From NCBI GenBank assembly GCA_963843145.1, contig CAWJJC010000020.1, positions 672,001 through 736,000 on the forward strand: DNA of 64,000 nt, written 5' to 3'. Source of the DNA: an uncultured delta proteobacterium (GTDB lineage Bacteria; Desulfobacterota; RBG-13-43-22). Each line of letters begins with the position of its first letter. Position 1 is the first letter of the stretch. The position numbers were made by a program, and so were the translations under genes. A model generated the notes under the pieces. That model saw nothing but the letters and a program-made list of their open reading frames with translations, was not told the origin of the DNA and ran no database searches. Below, in pieces: positions 28,325-37,814 of the stretch.

Positions 28325-29713
28325 TTGAATTCAGAAAAAATCCTGATCATTGACGATACCGCCTATATCCTCGATTTGTTATCCGAGTTTTTGGGGGCCA
28401 AGGGGTACGAGGTGAAAATCGCCCAAGATGGGGCAACCGGGATTGCCGGCTTGGAAAAGGATTCCTATGATCTGGTTTTGACTGACCTAAAAATGCCGGG
28501 ATTGGGCGGTATGGACGTTTTGAACTATGTCATCAATCACTGCCCGGAGACCCTCTGCATCATTTTGACCGGACATGGGTCCATTAAAAACGCGGTTGAA
28601 GCGGTTAAAGCCGGGGCCTACGACTACCTGACCAAACCGGTGGATCTGGAAGAAATTCTGATCGCGATTAAGCGGGCGATCGAATTCCGCAACCTAAAAA
28701 GGGAAAACGTTCTGCTTCGGAACCAGTTAAGGAAAAAGTATAGATTTGATAATATCATCGGTGACAGCGGCCCCATGCAAAAGGTATTTCAAACCATTGA
28801 AAAAGTGGCCGACACCGACAGCACCATCATGATTTTGGGAGAAAGCGGCACAGGGAAGGAACTCGTGGCCCGAGCGCTTCATTATAATAATAGCAGCCGG
28901 GCCAAGGGCCCCATTGTGCCGGTCAATTGCGCGGCTATTCCCTCTGAGTTGTTGGAGAGCGAACTTTTCGGCCATGAGAAGGGGGCTTTTACCAATGCCA
29001 TCCGGACCCGGATCGGTCGATTTGAATTGGCCAACGGGGGCACAATTTTTTTAGACGAAATAGGTGACATGGATCCGGTGCTGCAGAGCAAACTATTACG
29101 GGTGTTGCAGGACCGGGCCTTTGAACGCATTGGGGGCACCCGAACCATTCACGTCGATATCCGGGTGATCACGGCCACGCACCGTAATCTGAAAAAGGCG
29201 GTGGAGAACGGCCATTTTCGAGAAGACTTGTATTATCGACTCAACGTAATTCCCATTGAGATCCCACCGCTACGGGAGCATAAATCCGATATTCCGCTTT
29301 TAGTCCATCATTTTATTGACCAGTTTAACAAAGGCAAGAAAAGAAATATCCAGGGCCTCGAGGAGGAGGCCCTAAAGAAGCTCCAGGATTACGAATGGCC
29401 CGGAAATATTCGCGAGTTGGAAAATATGATTGAACGGATCGCGATCCTGACCAATAACGAGGTGATTACTCTTTCGGATCTACCGGAAAGGATTCAAAAG
29501 ATCCCGCCGCAAGATCAGGCCGTGCCCCCTGACATTCCGGAAGAGGGAATCTTTCTGGATACCGCCGTCAATGAATTCGAACGAAAATTGATTCTCCAGG
29601 CCCTGATCAAGACCGGGTGGGTTAAAAACAAGGCGGCCCAATTGTTGAACCTCAACCGAACGACCTTAATCGAAAAAATAAAACGCCAAAACCTCCAGGC
29701 CCCCCCGACGTAG
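28325..29713 (+). CDS. Sigma54-dependent response regulator (FleQ/FlrA-like flagellar master activator)
   Basis: REC domain (IIDD, LVLTDLKMP), GESGTGKE, GAFTNA, WPGNIRELEN, and Fis-type HTH. Confidence 0.9.
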   Translation: MNSEKILIIDDTAYILDLLSEFLGAKGYEVKIAQDGATGIAGLEKDSYDLVLTDLKMPGLGGMDVLNYVINHCPETLCIILTGHGSIKNAVEAVKAGAYDYLTKPVDLEEILIAIKRAIEFRNLKRENVLLRNQLRKKYRFDNIIGDSGPMQKVFQTIEKVADTDSTIMILGESGTGKELVARALHYNNSSRAKGPIVPVNCAAIPSELLESELFGHEKGAFTNAIRTRIGRFELANGGTIFLDEIGDMDPVLQSKLLRVLQDRAFERIGGTRTIHVDIRVITATHRNLKKAVENGHFREDLYYRLNVIPIEIPPLREHKSDIPLLVHHFIDQFNKGKKRNIQGLEEEALKKLQDYEWPGNIRELENMIERIAILTNNEVITLSDLPERIQKIPPQDQAVPPDIPEEGIFLDTAVNEFERKLILQALIKTGWVKNKAAQLLNLNRTTLIEKIKRQNLQAPPT

Positions 29714-29747
29714 CCCCAACCCCACTTCAGGATGTTTGGGCAAGCGA

Positions 29748-29791
29748 GTCAAAAATTTGACACATTGAACGAGCACCGTCGATATTTTTAC
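29748..29791. promoter_or_regulatory. Two tandem FleQ-box-like enhancer sites
   Basis: GTCAAAAATTTGAC at 29748-29761 and GTCGATATTTTTAC at 29778-29791. Confidence 0.6.
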
Positions 29792-29865
29792 TTTCTTCAG
29801 CCATCCCACTAGGTCCCTTCTTTCTAACAATTTGATTTCAATCACCATGCCGGACCCGGAGCTAT

Positions 29866-29881
29866 TGGCATACTCCTTGCT
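29866..29881 (+). promoter_or_regulatory. Sigma54 promoter
   Basis: TGGCATACTCCTTGCT. Confidence 0.8.
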
Positions 29882-29947
29882 CAAAGCACACATGGGACCC
29901 AGCCGAAAAAGTTGGCCTAAGGGTCCGGGGAAAGGATTCTGCGGATT

Positions 29948-31750
29948 TTGTTTCGAGCCAGGCCAAGCTATTTATTGCGCATCGGTTTGATCTTTGTCGG
30001 ATTGGCGGGAGCATTCCCGGGTTCGTTCCTGCGAGCGCAGGATCCGGAAGCGCCCGTGGGGGAATTATTTCAAATCAAGTCGGAATCCGCGGAAGGGAAG
30101 CTCCGGGTGGTCTTGAAAGTCAGGCACCCGGTTAAGCATACTATCTTCACCCTGACCAATCCCGACCGGGTCGTTATTAATTTGACCCCTAGCCTACTAA
30201 AATTAAGCACTATTCCAGAACTGAAAACCGGGCCGATTCAACGACTGCGCTGTTCCCAATTCAACGAAAAGACGGTACGCCTGGTTCTGGATATGAAGCA
30301 AAAGACCCTTTTTTCCGTATCCACCCCGGAGGATAATCCTTTGCAACTTTGGATCGATCTTGAATCTAAACCGAAGAAAGCCGAGACCCCGGCAGCGGCT
30401 CAAATCTCAAACGAATCCGTTTCCCTTGCCCGGAATAAGGAGGCAGAGGTCCGGAAAACCGGGAAAACGGTCAAAAAAACCTCCCCACCGGTGTCCAAGG
30501 TGAAAGAAGCCGTCGCTTCGGTGACTCCGGATTCCACCCCCAAGGGCAGCCCTCCGGAACCACTGCTGGAGACCGGGCGCGGCCTCCTGGAGCAAAAAAA
30601 ATACGCCCAGGGAAGGGAGGCGTTTTTCCATTATCTGAATGTAGTCCCCTTGGAAAAACTTGATTTGCGGGTTGTGGAAGAAATCGTTCACAGTTATCGT
30701 TTGGAGGGAAACGCCCCTCAGGGCGAAAAGGCCCGCCGTCAAATTCTTCAAGCCTTCTCCCAGGCTCATGGACCCGCCGCCTTTCCTGCTTTAGCACAAC
30801 TTGTTGATTTTTATATTGAATCAAAGCAATGCCCGCTGGCCATCCAGATCATCACTTCCTTGGAATCCTTTCCTCAGGAAAAAAATGAAAGGAAAAAAAT
30901 CTTTCAATCCCAGCTTCAAAGAGCCTTGATTCCGGTGCTGGAAGGGTTGTTCGCTCAGTCCAACTATACGGAAGTGATTCGCTCGTATTATCGGCATCGG
31001 GAAACCTTGCCGGATAATCCGGAACCCCGGCTATTCGTTCTATTGGGAAAAAGTTTCAAGGCCGTGGGACTGCCTGACCAGGCCGGCCGATATTTCCAGG
31101 CGGCCTGGCAGCAGGGAAACCAGGAACCCCGGGAAATGCTGGTGGATTGGGCGGAAATACTTATCGAAAAAGGCGATCAGGCCTCCGCCGTCCCGCTCCT
31201 ACGAAAGTTGATTGATCACCCGTCCGTTCCAGAAATTGAAAAACAGCGGGCTTACCTGCTTTTAGGCCAGGGTTGGTACCGGCAAGGTAACTATGCAGAA
31301 GGACTGAAGATACTGGAGGAGTCCATCGCCCGGTATCCTTCCGCGGAGGCCTATCCTGAGCGCTGGTATCTTTTGGGGTCCCTTTATTCTGAAAGCCCGA
31401 CATTGAACCTCAAGGCCTATGAGGCCCTAAGGAAATTTATTGTCCGAAGCCAGGACCCGGCCAAAACCGCCTTGGCTTATGAGCGGATCGGAGACCTCTA
31501 TTTCAGGGAAAAAAAGGGGGCCGCGGCCTGGGAGGCTTACCACCAGGCCCAGCAATTAAACCGACGGCCGGCTTCCCCCTTCTTGGCGCAAAAGATAACC
31601 CAATGCCGCTTGCTTTTGGAACCGAAGGGCCAGGGATCAATCCCGGCGAATCCGTCCGGCGAAATAGACCCTTTTTGGAAAAAGGTTTATGACTCGAGGG
31701 CGAGCCAGCAAATCCTGGAGAAAAAGATCAGCGAATTGAGGCTAAACTGA
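29948..31750 (+). CDS. Exported AMIN-domain + TPR protein (start uncertain)
   Basis: Signal-like N-terminus; FTLTNPDRVVINL and RCSQFNEKTVRLVLD (AMIN); TPR-like helices such as AYLLLGQGWYRQGNYAEG. Confidence 0.8.
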   Translation: MFRARPSYLLRIGLIFVGLAGAFPGSFLRAQDPEAPVGELFQIKSESAEGKLRVVLKVRHPVKHTIFTLTNPDRVVINLTPSLLKLSTIPELKTGPIQRLRCSQFNEKTVRLVLDMKQKTLFSVSTPEDNPLQLWIDLESKPKKAETPAAAQISNESVSLARNKEAEVRKTGKTVKKTSPPVSKVKEAVASVTPDSTPKGSPPEPLLETGRGLLEQKKYAQGREAFFHYLNVVPLEKLDLRVVEEIVHSYRLEGNAPQGEKARRQILQAFSQAHGPAAFPALAQLVDFYIESKQCPLAIQIITSLESFPQEKNERKKIFQSQLQRALIPVLEGLFAQSNYTEVIRSYYRHRETLPDNPEPRLFVLLGKSFKAVGLPDQAGRYFQAAWQQGNQEPREMLVDWAEILIEKGDQASAVPLLRKLIDHPSVPEIEKQRAYLLLGQGWYRQGNYAEGLKILEESIARYPSAEAYPERWYLLGSLYSESPTLNLKAYEALRKFIVRSQDPAKTALAYERIGDLYFREKKGAAAWEAYHQAQQLNRRPASPFLAQKITQCRLLLEPKGQGSIPANPSGEIDPFWKKVYDSRASQQILEKKISELRLN

Positions 31751-31753
31751 CCC

Positions 31754-33172
31754 ATGGGCGAAAAGGCATTATTAATTGCGGAAAACGACCCGGAAGCCCG
31801 GGAGGTTTTTGTAGAAAGCTACCCCAAAAACGGTTTTTGGATCCAATGGGTCAATAGGGGGGAAGAAGCCCTCCGCTGGTTGGACCAAAGACCTTTCGAT
31901 CTGGTGATTACCGAAATGGAACTGGAAGATTTAAGCGGCCTACAGCTTTTGGGTCAGGTCAAACAGCGTTTTCCGGAGACGCCGGTCATCGTCATGACCG
32001 CCGGGGGAAGCATTCCGCAGGCCATCGAGGCCATCAAGCAAGGGGCCTTGGATTACGTCGTCAAGCCTCTTTCCGGGGTCTGGCTGGAAGAACGAATCGG
32101 GCAGCTCGATCATCAGCGGACAGGGTCGTTGGGCGAACCCGGGGGCCCCTTCGGGGCCGGACCAGTGTCCCGCCCGATTGTCACCCAGAACCGGAAGATG
32201 CTGGATCTCCTGGAATTATGCCGCAAGGTCGCTGCCAGTAAAGCCACTGTGCTGATTCAGGGAGAGAGCGGCACAGGAAAAGAACTGTTTGCCCGCTATC
32301 TCCACGAGCGCAGTCCCCGAAATAAGGAGGCTTTTATTGCCGTCAATTGTGCCTCTCTCCCAGACGGGCTATTGGAAAGCGAATTGTTCGGCCATGAAAA
32401 GGGGGCCTTTACCGGGGCCATCCAAAAAAAATTGGGGAAATTTGAGTTGGCGCAGCGGGGGTCCATTTTATTGGATGAAATCAGTGAAATGAATACTCAA
32501 TTGCAGGCCAAGCTGCTCCGGGTGCTGCAGGAAAACGAGTTGGATCGGATCGGCGGGCGACATCCGGTTCCTCTGGATATACGGGTCATCGCCACAACCA
32601 ATCGAAATCTAGAAGAAAGCGTTGAAAAGGGGGATTTTCGCGCCGACCTGTATTACCGTTTAAATGTCATCCCTTTGCGCATTCCGCCTTTGCGGGAACG
32701 CCCGGAGGATATTGAACTGCTGGTCGCCTATTTTGTGCGAAAATTAGCCAAACTCTATAATCGGGATGTGGTTCGGGTGTCGGACCAGGCTTTGAACTGG
32801 ATCAAGCAACGGGAGTGGCGGGGAAATGTCCGCGAACTGGAAAACCTGTTGGAGCGTACCGTGCTTATCTCCTCCGGTCCGACGATCGAAATGAAAGATT
32901 TTTGCCTGGAGGACTCCGCGCCCCCGACAACGGAGGTCCGGATCGATGGCTCGTCGACTTTCTCCCTCCGTGAAGTAGAAAAAGACCTGATCTTCAAGGC
33001 CTTGGATAAGACGGAGGGCAACCGAACCCAGGCTGCCAATATTCTGGGTATCAGCGTCCGGACCCTCCGGAACAAACTGCAGGAATATAAGCAGGAGGCG
33101 GGGTCGTGGACGGAGGAGGGATTGGTCCCGATTCACCCCCCGACCATGGTATGGGATTTGCAGAAAGCCTAA
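31754..33172 (+). CDS. Sigma54-dependent activator (FlrC/FleR-like) with atypical receiver domain
   Basis: GESGTGKE, GAFTGA, LGISVRTLRNKL; the receiver reads LVITEM, with Glu at the phospho-Asp position. Confidence 0.9.
   Translation: MGEKALLIAENDPEAREVFVESYPKNGFWIQWVNRGEEALRWLDQRPFDLVITEMELEDLSGLQLLGQVKQRFPETPVIVMTAGGSIPQAIEAIKQGALDYVVKPLSGVWLEERIGQLDHQRTGSLGEPGGPFGAGPVSRPIVTQNRKMLDLLELCRKVAASKATVLIQGESGTGKELFARYLHERSPRNKEAFIAVNCASLPDGLLESELFGHEKGAFTGAIQKKLGKFELAQRGSILLDEISEMNTQLQAKLLRVLQENELDRIGGRHPVPLDIRVIATTNRNLEESVEKGDFRADLYYRLNVIPLRIPPLRERPEDIELLVAYFVRKLAKLYNRDVVRVSDQALNWIKQREWRGNVRELENLLERTVLISSGPTIEMKDFCLEDSAPPTTEVRIDGSSTFSLREVEKDLIFKALDKTEGNRTQAANILGISVRTLRNKLQEYKQEAGSWTEEGLVPIHPPTMVWDLQKA
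33147..33162 (+). promoter_or_regulatory. Sigma54 promoter for the flgB operon, inside the 3' end of the activator gene
   Basis: TGGTATGGGATTTGCA, GG-N10-GC. Confidence 0.65.
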
Positions 33173-33194
33173 GGATAAGAAGGATGAGGTGCTT

Positions 33195-33608
33195 ATGAAT
33201 CAATTTTTATCCGGTGCACTGTTTGATCGAACCTTCCATTTTCTGGAAAAATCTTTAAATCTCCGGGGTGCGCGCCAGGGGATACTGACCAGTAATATTG
33301 CCAATGCCGAGACCCCCGGCTATTCGGCCAAGGATCTCCCCTTCCGGCAAATCATGCGCCAAACGATGGGAGATCCATCCACCGTCTCGGTGCAAAAAAC
33401 ACATCCCCAACATTTTCCCGATCCGGGGTCGGCCCCGGAAAAGGAGTCCGGTCTACCCTGGTCGGTCGAAACCGTATCCTCGGGAGTTAATATCGACCAG
33501 GAAATGACCAAGCTGGCGGAAAACAACCTCCAATACCAGTCGGCCGTCCAGGCCCTGAGCAAAAAATTGGAAACCATTAAATACGTCATTTCCGGTGGGG
33601 GGCAATAA
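33195..33608 (+). CDS. flgB: Flagellar basal-body rod protein FlgB
   Basis: SNIANAETPGYSAKDL and VNIDQEMTKLAENNLQY. Confidence 0.95.
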   Translation: MNQFLSGALFDRTFHFLEKSLNLRGARQGILTSNIANAETPGYSAKDLPFRQIMRQTMGDPSTVSVQKTHPQHFPDPGSAPEKESGLPWSVETVSSGVNIDQEMTKLAENNLQYQSAVQALSKKLETIKYVISGGGQ

Positions 33609-33613
33609 ATCGA

Positions 33614-34051
33614 ATGGACCTTTTTAAAGCAATGAACATAAGCGGCACGAGCCTCAATACCCAACGGACGGTGATGAATATTATCTCCACCAACGTCGCC
33701 AACGCGCAAACCACCCGAACGGAAGAGGGCGGACCCTACCGGAGGAAAATCGCCGTTTTGGGACCGGCGGCGGTGCCCTCCGATTTTTCCCAAATTTTCG
33801 CCGGACGCGTAGAAAAGGGACAGGAGGGGGTGGAGGTCAAGGAAATAGTGGCCGACATGAGCGATTTGGAGACCCAGTATGATCCCCAGCATCCGGATGC
33901 GGATGAACGGGGCTACGTCACCTTGCCGAATGTCAATATTTTAGAAGAGATGGTGCAGTTGATGAGCGCCGCTCGAAATTACGAGGCCAGCGTTACAGCC
34001 TTCAATTCCGCCAAAAATATGATTCTTAAGGCCCTAGAAATCGGCCGCTAA
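33614..34051 (+). CDS. flgC: Flagellar basal-body rod protein FlgC
   Basis: NVANAQTTRT..GGPYRRK and YDPQHPDADERGYVTLPNVN. Confidence 0.96.
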   Translation: MDLFKAMNISGTSLNTQRTVMNIISTNVANAQTTRTEEGGPYRRKIAVLGPAAVPSDFSQIFAGRVEKGQEGVEVKEIVADMSDLETQYDPQHPDADERGYVTLPNVNILEEMVQLMSAARNYEASVTAFNSAKNMILKALEIGR

Positions 34052-34074
34052 CTTGAAAAGGAGGAAACCGAATT

Positions 34075-34374
34075 ATGAACGCCATTTACGGTCTGGATCC
34101 AACGACTAATCGCCTGTCGGCTGGGGAACAAGTCGGCCGACGGGAAGTGGCGACGGCGGGATTTAAGGAATCCCTCGCCCAAACAGTCCGCGAAATCGAC
34201 GGCCTGCAAAAAGAGGCCGATCAGTCCATTGAAACCATGGCCGCCGGGGAGCCAAAAGACGTCCATGAAGTGATGATCGCCATGGAGAAGGCGGGGATCT
34301 CCCTGCGCTTAATGGTGCAAGTCCGCAACAAGATTATGAACGCTTACGAAGAAATCATGCGTCTGCAAGTATAG
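34075..34374 (+). CDS. fliE: Hook-basal body protein FliE
   Basis: DVHEVMIAMEKA..VQVRNKIMNAYEEIMRLQV. Confidence 0.96.
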   Translation: MNAIYGLDPTTNRLSAGEQVGRREVATAGFKESLAQTVREIDGLQKEADQSIETMAAGEPKDVHEVMIAMEKAGISLRLMVQVRNKIMNAYEEIMRLQV

Positions 34375-34394
34375 GGCGTTGAAGGCACAGGATT

Positions 34395-36071
34395 ATGGCC
34401 TCCAAATTGGTCGAACAATCTACTCAGCTAGTCGGCTCCATATCCAAGGGACGACTGTTTTCCCTGATCGCCATCCTCCTGGTGGCCGGGATAGGGTTCG
34501 GTTCCCTCATCTTTTGGAATACCCGCCCGGAGTATCAGGTCCTGTTCAGCAACCTTTCCCCGGAAGACGCCGGCGACATTGCCAACAAACTCAAGGAAAA
34601 GAAGATTCCCTATCAGGTGACGAACAGCGGGACGGCGGTTCTGATCCCCCGGGAACAGGTGTACGACACCCGACTGTCGCTGGCTTCAGAGGGGCTGCCC
34701 AAAGGCGGAGGTGTCGGATTTGAAGTATTTGATCGCACCAATTTGGGAACCACCGACTTTGTCCAGAAATTAAATTATCAAAGGGCGTTGTCGGGAGAAT
34801 TGGCCAGGACGATCAAGCAATTAAAAGAAATTGACCAGGCCCGGGTCCATATTGTCACTCCAAAGGATTCACTCTTTGTGGAAGAACAGAGAAAACCGAC
34901 GGCTTCGGTCCTGGTGAAAACCCGTTCGGGGATGACTTTGGGGCCCCCTCAGGTGGATGGCATTATCCATTTGGTGGCCAGCGCCGTGGAAGGCTTGGAC
35001 CCCAACAATGTAACCGTGGTGGATCAAACCGGTAAAATGCTGACCAAGAAAAACGACGGCTCTCCTGCAGGCCAGTTGACCACCAGCCAGTTGGATTATC
35101 AGCGCAACATTGAGGAGGGCCTGAAAAAGAAAATCCAGGGAATGCTGGAAGGAGTAGTCGGTCCCGATAAAGCCATTGCCCGGGTTTCGGCGGATATGGA
35201 TTTCCAGCAAGTCAATATTACCGAGGAACGTTTTGATCCGGCCACGGTTATTCGCAGCGAACAGAAAACGCTGGAAAAATCGTCCAGCACCACGGGTGGC
35301 AAAATCGGTGCGGACAAAGAAGGTTTTGTTTCACTAAAGTTGCCGGCCGAATCCAAGAACCCTGCCCGACCCGGCGCCACGGCCGGCAGCAAAACCTTTT
35401 CCGGAAGCACGGCCGGCGGTAATGAAACGATCTCGGAACGGCAAAACGAAACCAAAAATTATGAAATAACCAAGATCAATAAACAGATCCGCGGCCCGGC
35501 CGGAATAATCAAAAAAATTTCGACAGCGGTGATTATTGACGGGACCTACAAGGAAAGTGTGGGCGCCAAAGGAGCCAAAATCCGGCAGTTCGTCCCCAGG
35601 CCACCGGAAGAGATGAAAAACTTTGAAAACATGGTGAAGAAAGCTATCGGCTTTGACGACAGCCGCGGGGACCAGGTAGAAGTCACTTCCATGCCCTTTG
35701 CCTGGTCGGCCCTGGAGGATGGGCCCCGGTCCGAGACCGGATCGGCCTGGAAGGACTATTTCCAAATGCTGTATAAACCTTTGATCAGCTTGGTTTTGGC
35801 CTTGCTGTTTTTCTTTTTGGTGATCAAACCGATGATGAAAAGAAATCTCTTCAGCGGTTTTCGGACGGAAGAACAGGTGTTATTGGACCAGCTTCGGCCG
35901 CGGCCAGCGCTGCCCTCGGGAACGGAAGGCGGCGAGGTCCCGCAAATTGCCCAGAACGAGGAGGCCGGCCTTCTTAAGGGAATGGACCGGAAACGGATAT
36001 TTCAGTCCGTGGAGGAAGACCCCACCAAAGCGGCCGAAATTGTCAAATCCTGGCTGCACGAAAAAGGGTAA
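34395..36071 (+). CDS. fliF: MS-ring protein FliF
   Basis: GVGFEVFD, NYQRALSGELARTI, ARVHI and RGDQVEV. Confidence 0.96.
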   Translation: MASKLVEQSTQLVGSISKGRLFSLIAILLVAGIGFGSLIFWNTRPEYQVLFSNLSPEDAGDIANKLKEKKIPYQVTNSGTAVLIPREQVYDTRLSLASEGLPKGGGVGFEVFDRTNLGTTDFVQKLNYQRALSGELARTIKQLKEIDQARVHIVTPKDSLFVEEQRKPTASVLVKTRSGMTLGPPQVDGIIHLVASAVEGLDPNNVTVVDQTGKMLTKKNDGSPAGQLTTSQLDYQRNIEEGLKKKIQGMLEGVVGPDKAIARVSADMDFQQVNITEERFDPATVIRSEQKTLEKSSSTTGGKIGADKEGFVSLKLPAESKNPARPGATAGSKTFSGSTAGGNETISERQNETKNYEITKINKQIRGPAGIIKKISTAVIIDGTYKESVGAKGAKIRQFVPRPPEEMKNFENMVKKAIGFDDSRGDQVEVTSMPFAWSALEDGPRSETGSAWKDYFQMLYKPLISLVLALLFFFLVIKPMMKRNLFSGFRTEEQVLLDQLRPRPALPSGTEGGEVPQIAQNEEAGLLKGMDRKRIFQSVEEDPTKAAEIVKSWLHEKG

Positions 36072-36080
36072 ACGAGCGTC

Positions 36081-37097
36081 ATGGCCAACGAAAAATTAAC
36101 CGGTCCGCAGAAAGCCGCCATGTTCTTGCTCAGTCTGGGCGAGGAATTAACCACGAATATCATCAAGCAGATGGATGAGGAGGAGATTAAAAAATTGGGC
36201 AGCCATATTGCCCAGGTCAACTACATCGGTCCTAAAACCATAGAAAGCATTTTCTCTGAATTCAGCAGCCTCTATACCGTGGACCAACCCCTTCTCCTGA
36301 GTTCCCAGGGAAGCAATCAGTTCCTGAAGAACGTGGTGACCCGGGCTATTCCAGGGGAAAAGGGCCAGGAGATCATTGAAGAGATCGAGGAGCAAGGCAA
36401 GTGGAAATTATTTCAAAAAATAAAAAAATATGATCCCAAAACCTTAGCCAATTTTATTCGCAATGAACATCCCCAGACCATTGCCATTATTCTATCCCAC
36501 CTGGAGTCGGGGCAGGCGGCCGCCATTTTAAGCGAGCTGCCGATCAACCTTCAAACCGAAGTGGTTTATCGGGTAGCCGAATTAGAAAATGTGTCCCCGG
36601 AAATCGTGGAAGAAATCGATCAGGCGTTAATGGAAGAAGTGGCGGCGGTCAAAAGCTTTGAGGGGCAGCAGATTGGAGGCGTACGCTCGGTGGCCGAGAT
36701 GCTGAACCAGATGGACAGTTCCATGGAGGGCAATATTCTAAAGGGGATCGAAGAATTCCGACAGGGCCTGGCCGATGAAATCCGCCAGTTGATGTTTATC
36801 TTTGAAGACCTGATCAATGTGGACGATCGAGGCATTATGGCCATCCTGAAGGAAGTCAACAACGAAGAATTAATCCTGGCCATGAAAACGGCATCGGACG
36901 AAATGAAGGAGAAGGTCTTCAAGAACATGTCCGAACGGGCGGCGCAAATGATGAAGGAGGACCTCGAAGTGATGGGGCCGGTGCGGCTCAAAGACGTGGA
37001 AGTGGCTCAACAGTCGATTATCAAGATCGCTAAAAAACTGGAAGCCGAAGGCAAAATCGTTCTGGCCGGAAAAGGCAGCGAAGAGGCTTTGGTGTAA
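36081..37097 (+). CDS. fliG: Motor switch protein FliG
   Basis: KAAMFLLSLG, EHPQTIAIILSHL, MFIFEDL and NMSERAA. Confidence 0.97.
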   Translation: MANEKLTGPQKAAMFLLSLGEELTTNIIKQMDEEEIKKLGSHIAQVNYIGPKTIESIFSEFSSLYTVDQPLLLSSQGSNQFLKNVVTRAIPGEKGQEIIEEIEEQGKWKLFQKIKKYDPKTLANFIRNEHPQTIAIILSHLESGQAAAILSELPINLQTEVVYRVAELENVSPEIVEEIDQALMEEVAAVKSFEGQQIGGVRSVAEMLNQMDSSMEGNILKGIEEFRQGLADEIRQLMFIFEDLINVDDRGIMAILKEVNNEELILAMKTASDEMKEKVFKNMSERAAQMMKEDLEVMGPVRLKDVEVAQQSIIKIAKKLEAEGKIVLAGKGSEEALV

Positions 37098-37109
37098 GGA
37101 GTCGAACAG

Positions 37110-37814
37110 ATGCCCGCCGGGACGTCCCCAAAAAGCTTTTCCCTCAACCCCTTTATCCGGAAGGACCAAAATCCGGATTTTCGCCCGGGGGCCATCCAAC
37201 CCCAATCGCCCAAAAGTCAATTTCAGTTCCATCCTCAGGTGACCCGGTATATGGAGGAGCTGCAGGAACAGGTTTATCAGGAACTAAAGATGAAGGCCAC
37301 GCAGATCGAACACGAGGCGTACGAGAAAGGCTTTGCTCAGGGGGAAAAAGACGGCCTGGAGAGCGGACAAAAGCGCCTGGAAGTGGTCATCAAACGGATC
37401 AACGCCCTCCTGACTCAAATTGAAAGCCAGAAAATAACGCTTTTCGAGCGGTTCGAACGGGAGATGGTCGAATTTGCCTTTTGCCTGATCAAAAAGATAC
37501 TCCAGCGGGAATCGCGATTGACGACCGGAGTCATCAAGGACACCTTGTCGACGGCCCTTAAAAAGACCGAGGAAAACCGGCAGGTCATCCTCCACATCAA
37601 CCCGGTGGATTATAGATATCTGCTGGCCCATCCGGATCAGATCCCCTGGGTGCTGAATGACCGAGAACGGGTAAAGATTCTGGAGGACGAAGCCATTACC
37701 CCCGGGGGCGGGCTCCTGGAAACAGAATTAGGGGTCATCGACGCCACCCTCGAAGGCCAGTTTGACCAGATCGTGGAACAGATCCAATGCCGATTGCCGC
37801 AGGGGGGGAAATGA
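37110..37814 (+). CDS. fliH: Flagellar assembly protein FliH
   Basis: AYEKGFAQGEKDGLESG repeats, GGGLLETELGVIDATLE, and gene position. Confidence 0.9.
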   Translation: MPAGTSPKSFSLNPFIRKDQNPDFRPGAIQPQSPKSQFQFHPQVTRYMEELQEQVYQELKMKATQIEHEAYEKGFAQGEKDGLESGQKRLEVVIKRINALLTQIESQKITLFERFEREMVEFAFCLIKKILQRESRLTTGVIKDTLSTALKKTEENRQVILHINPVDYRYLLAHPDQIPWVLNDRERVKILEDEAITPGGGLLETELGVIDATLEGQFDQIVEQIQCRLPQGGK

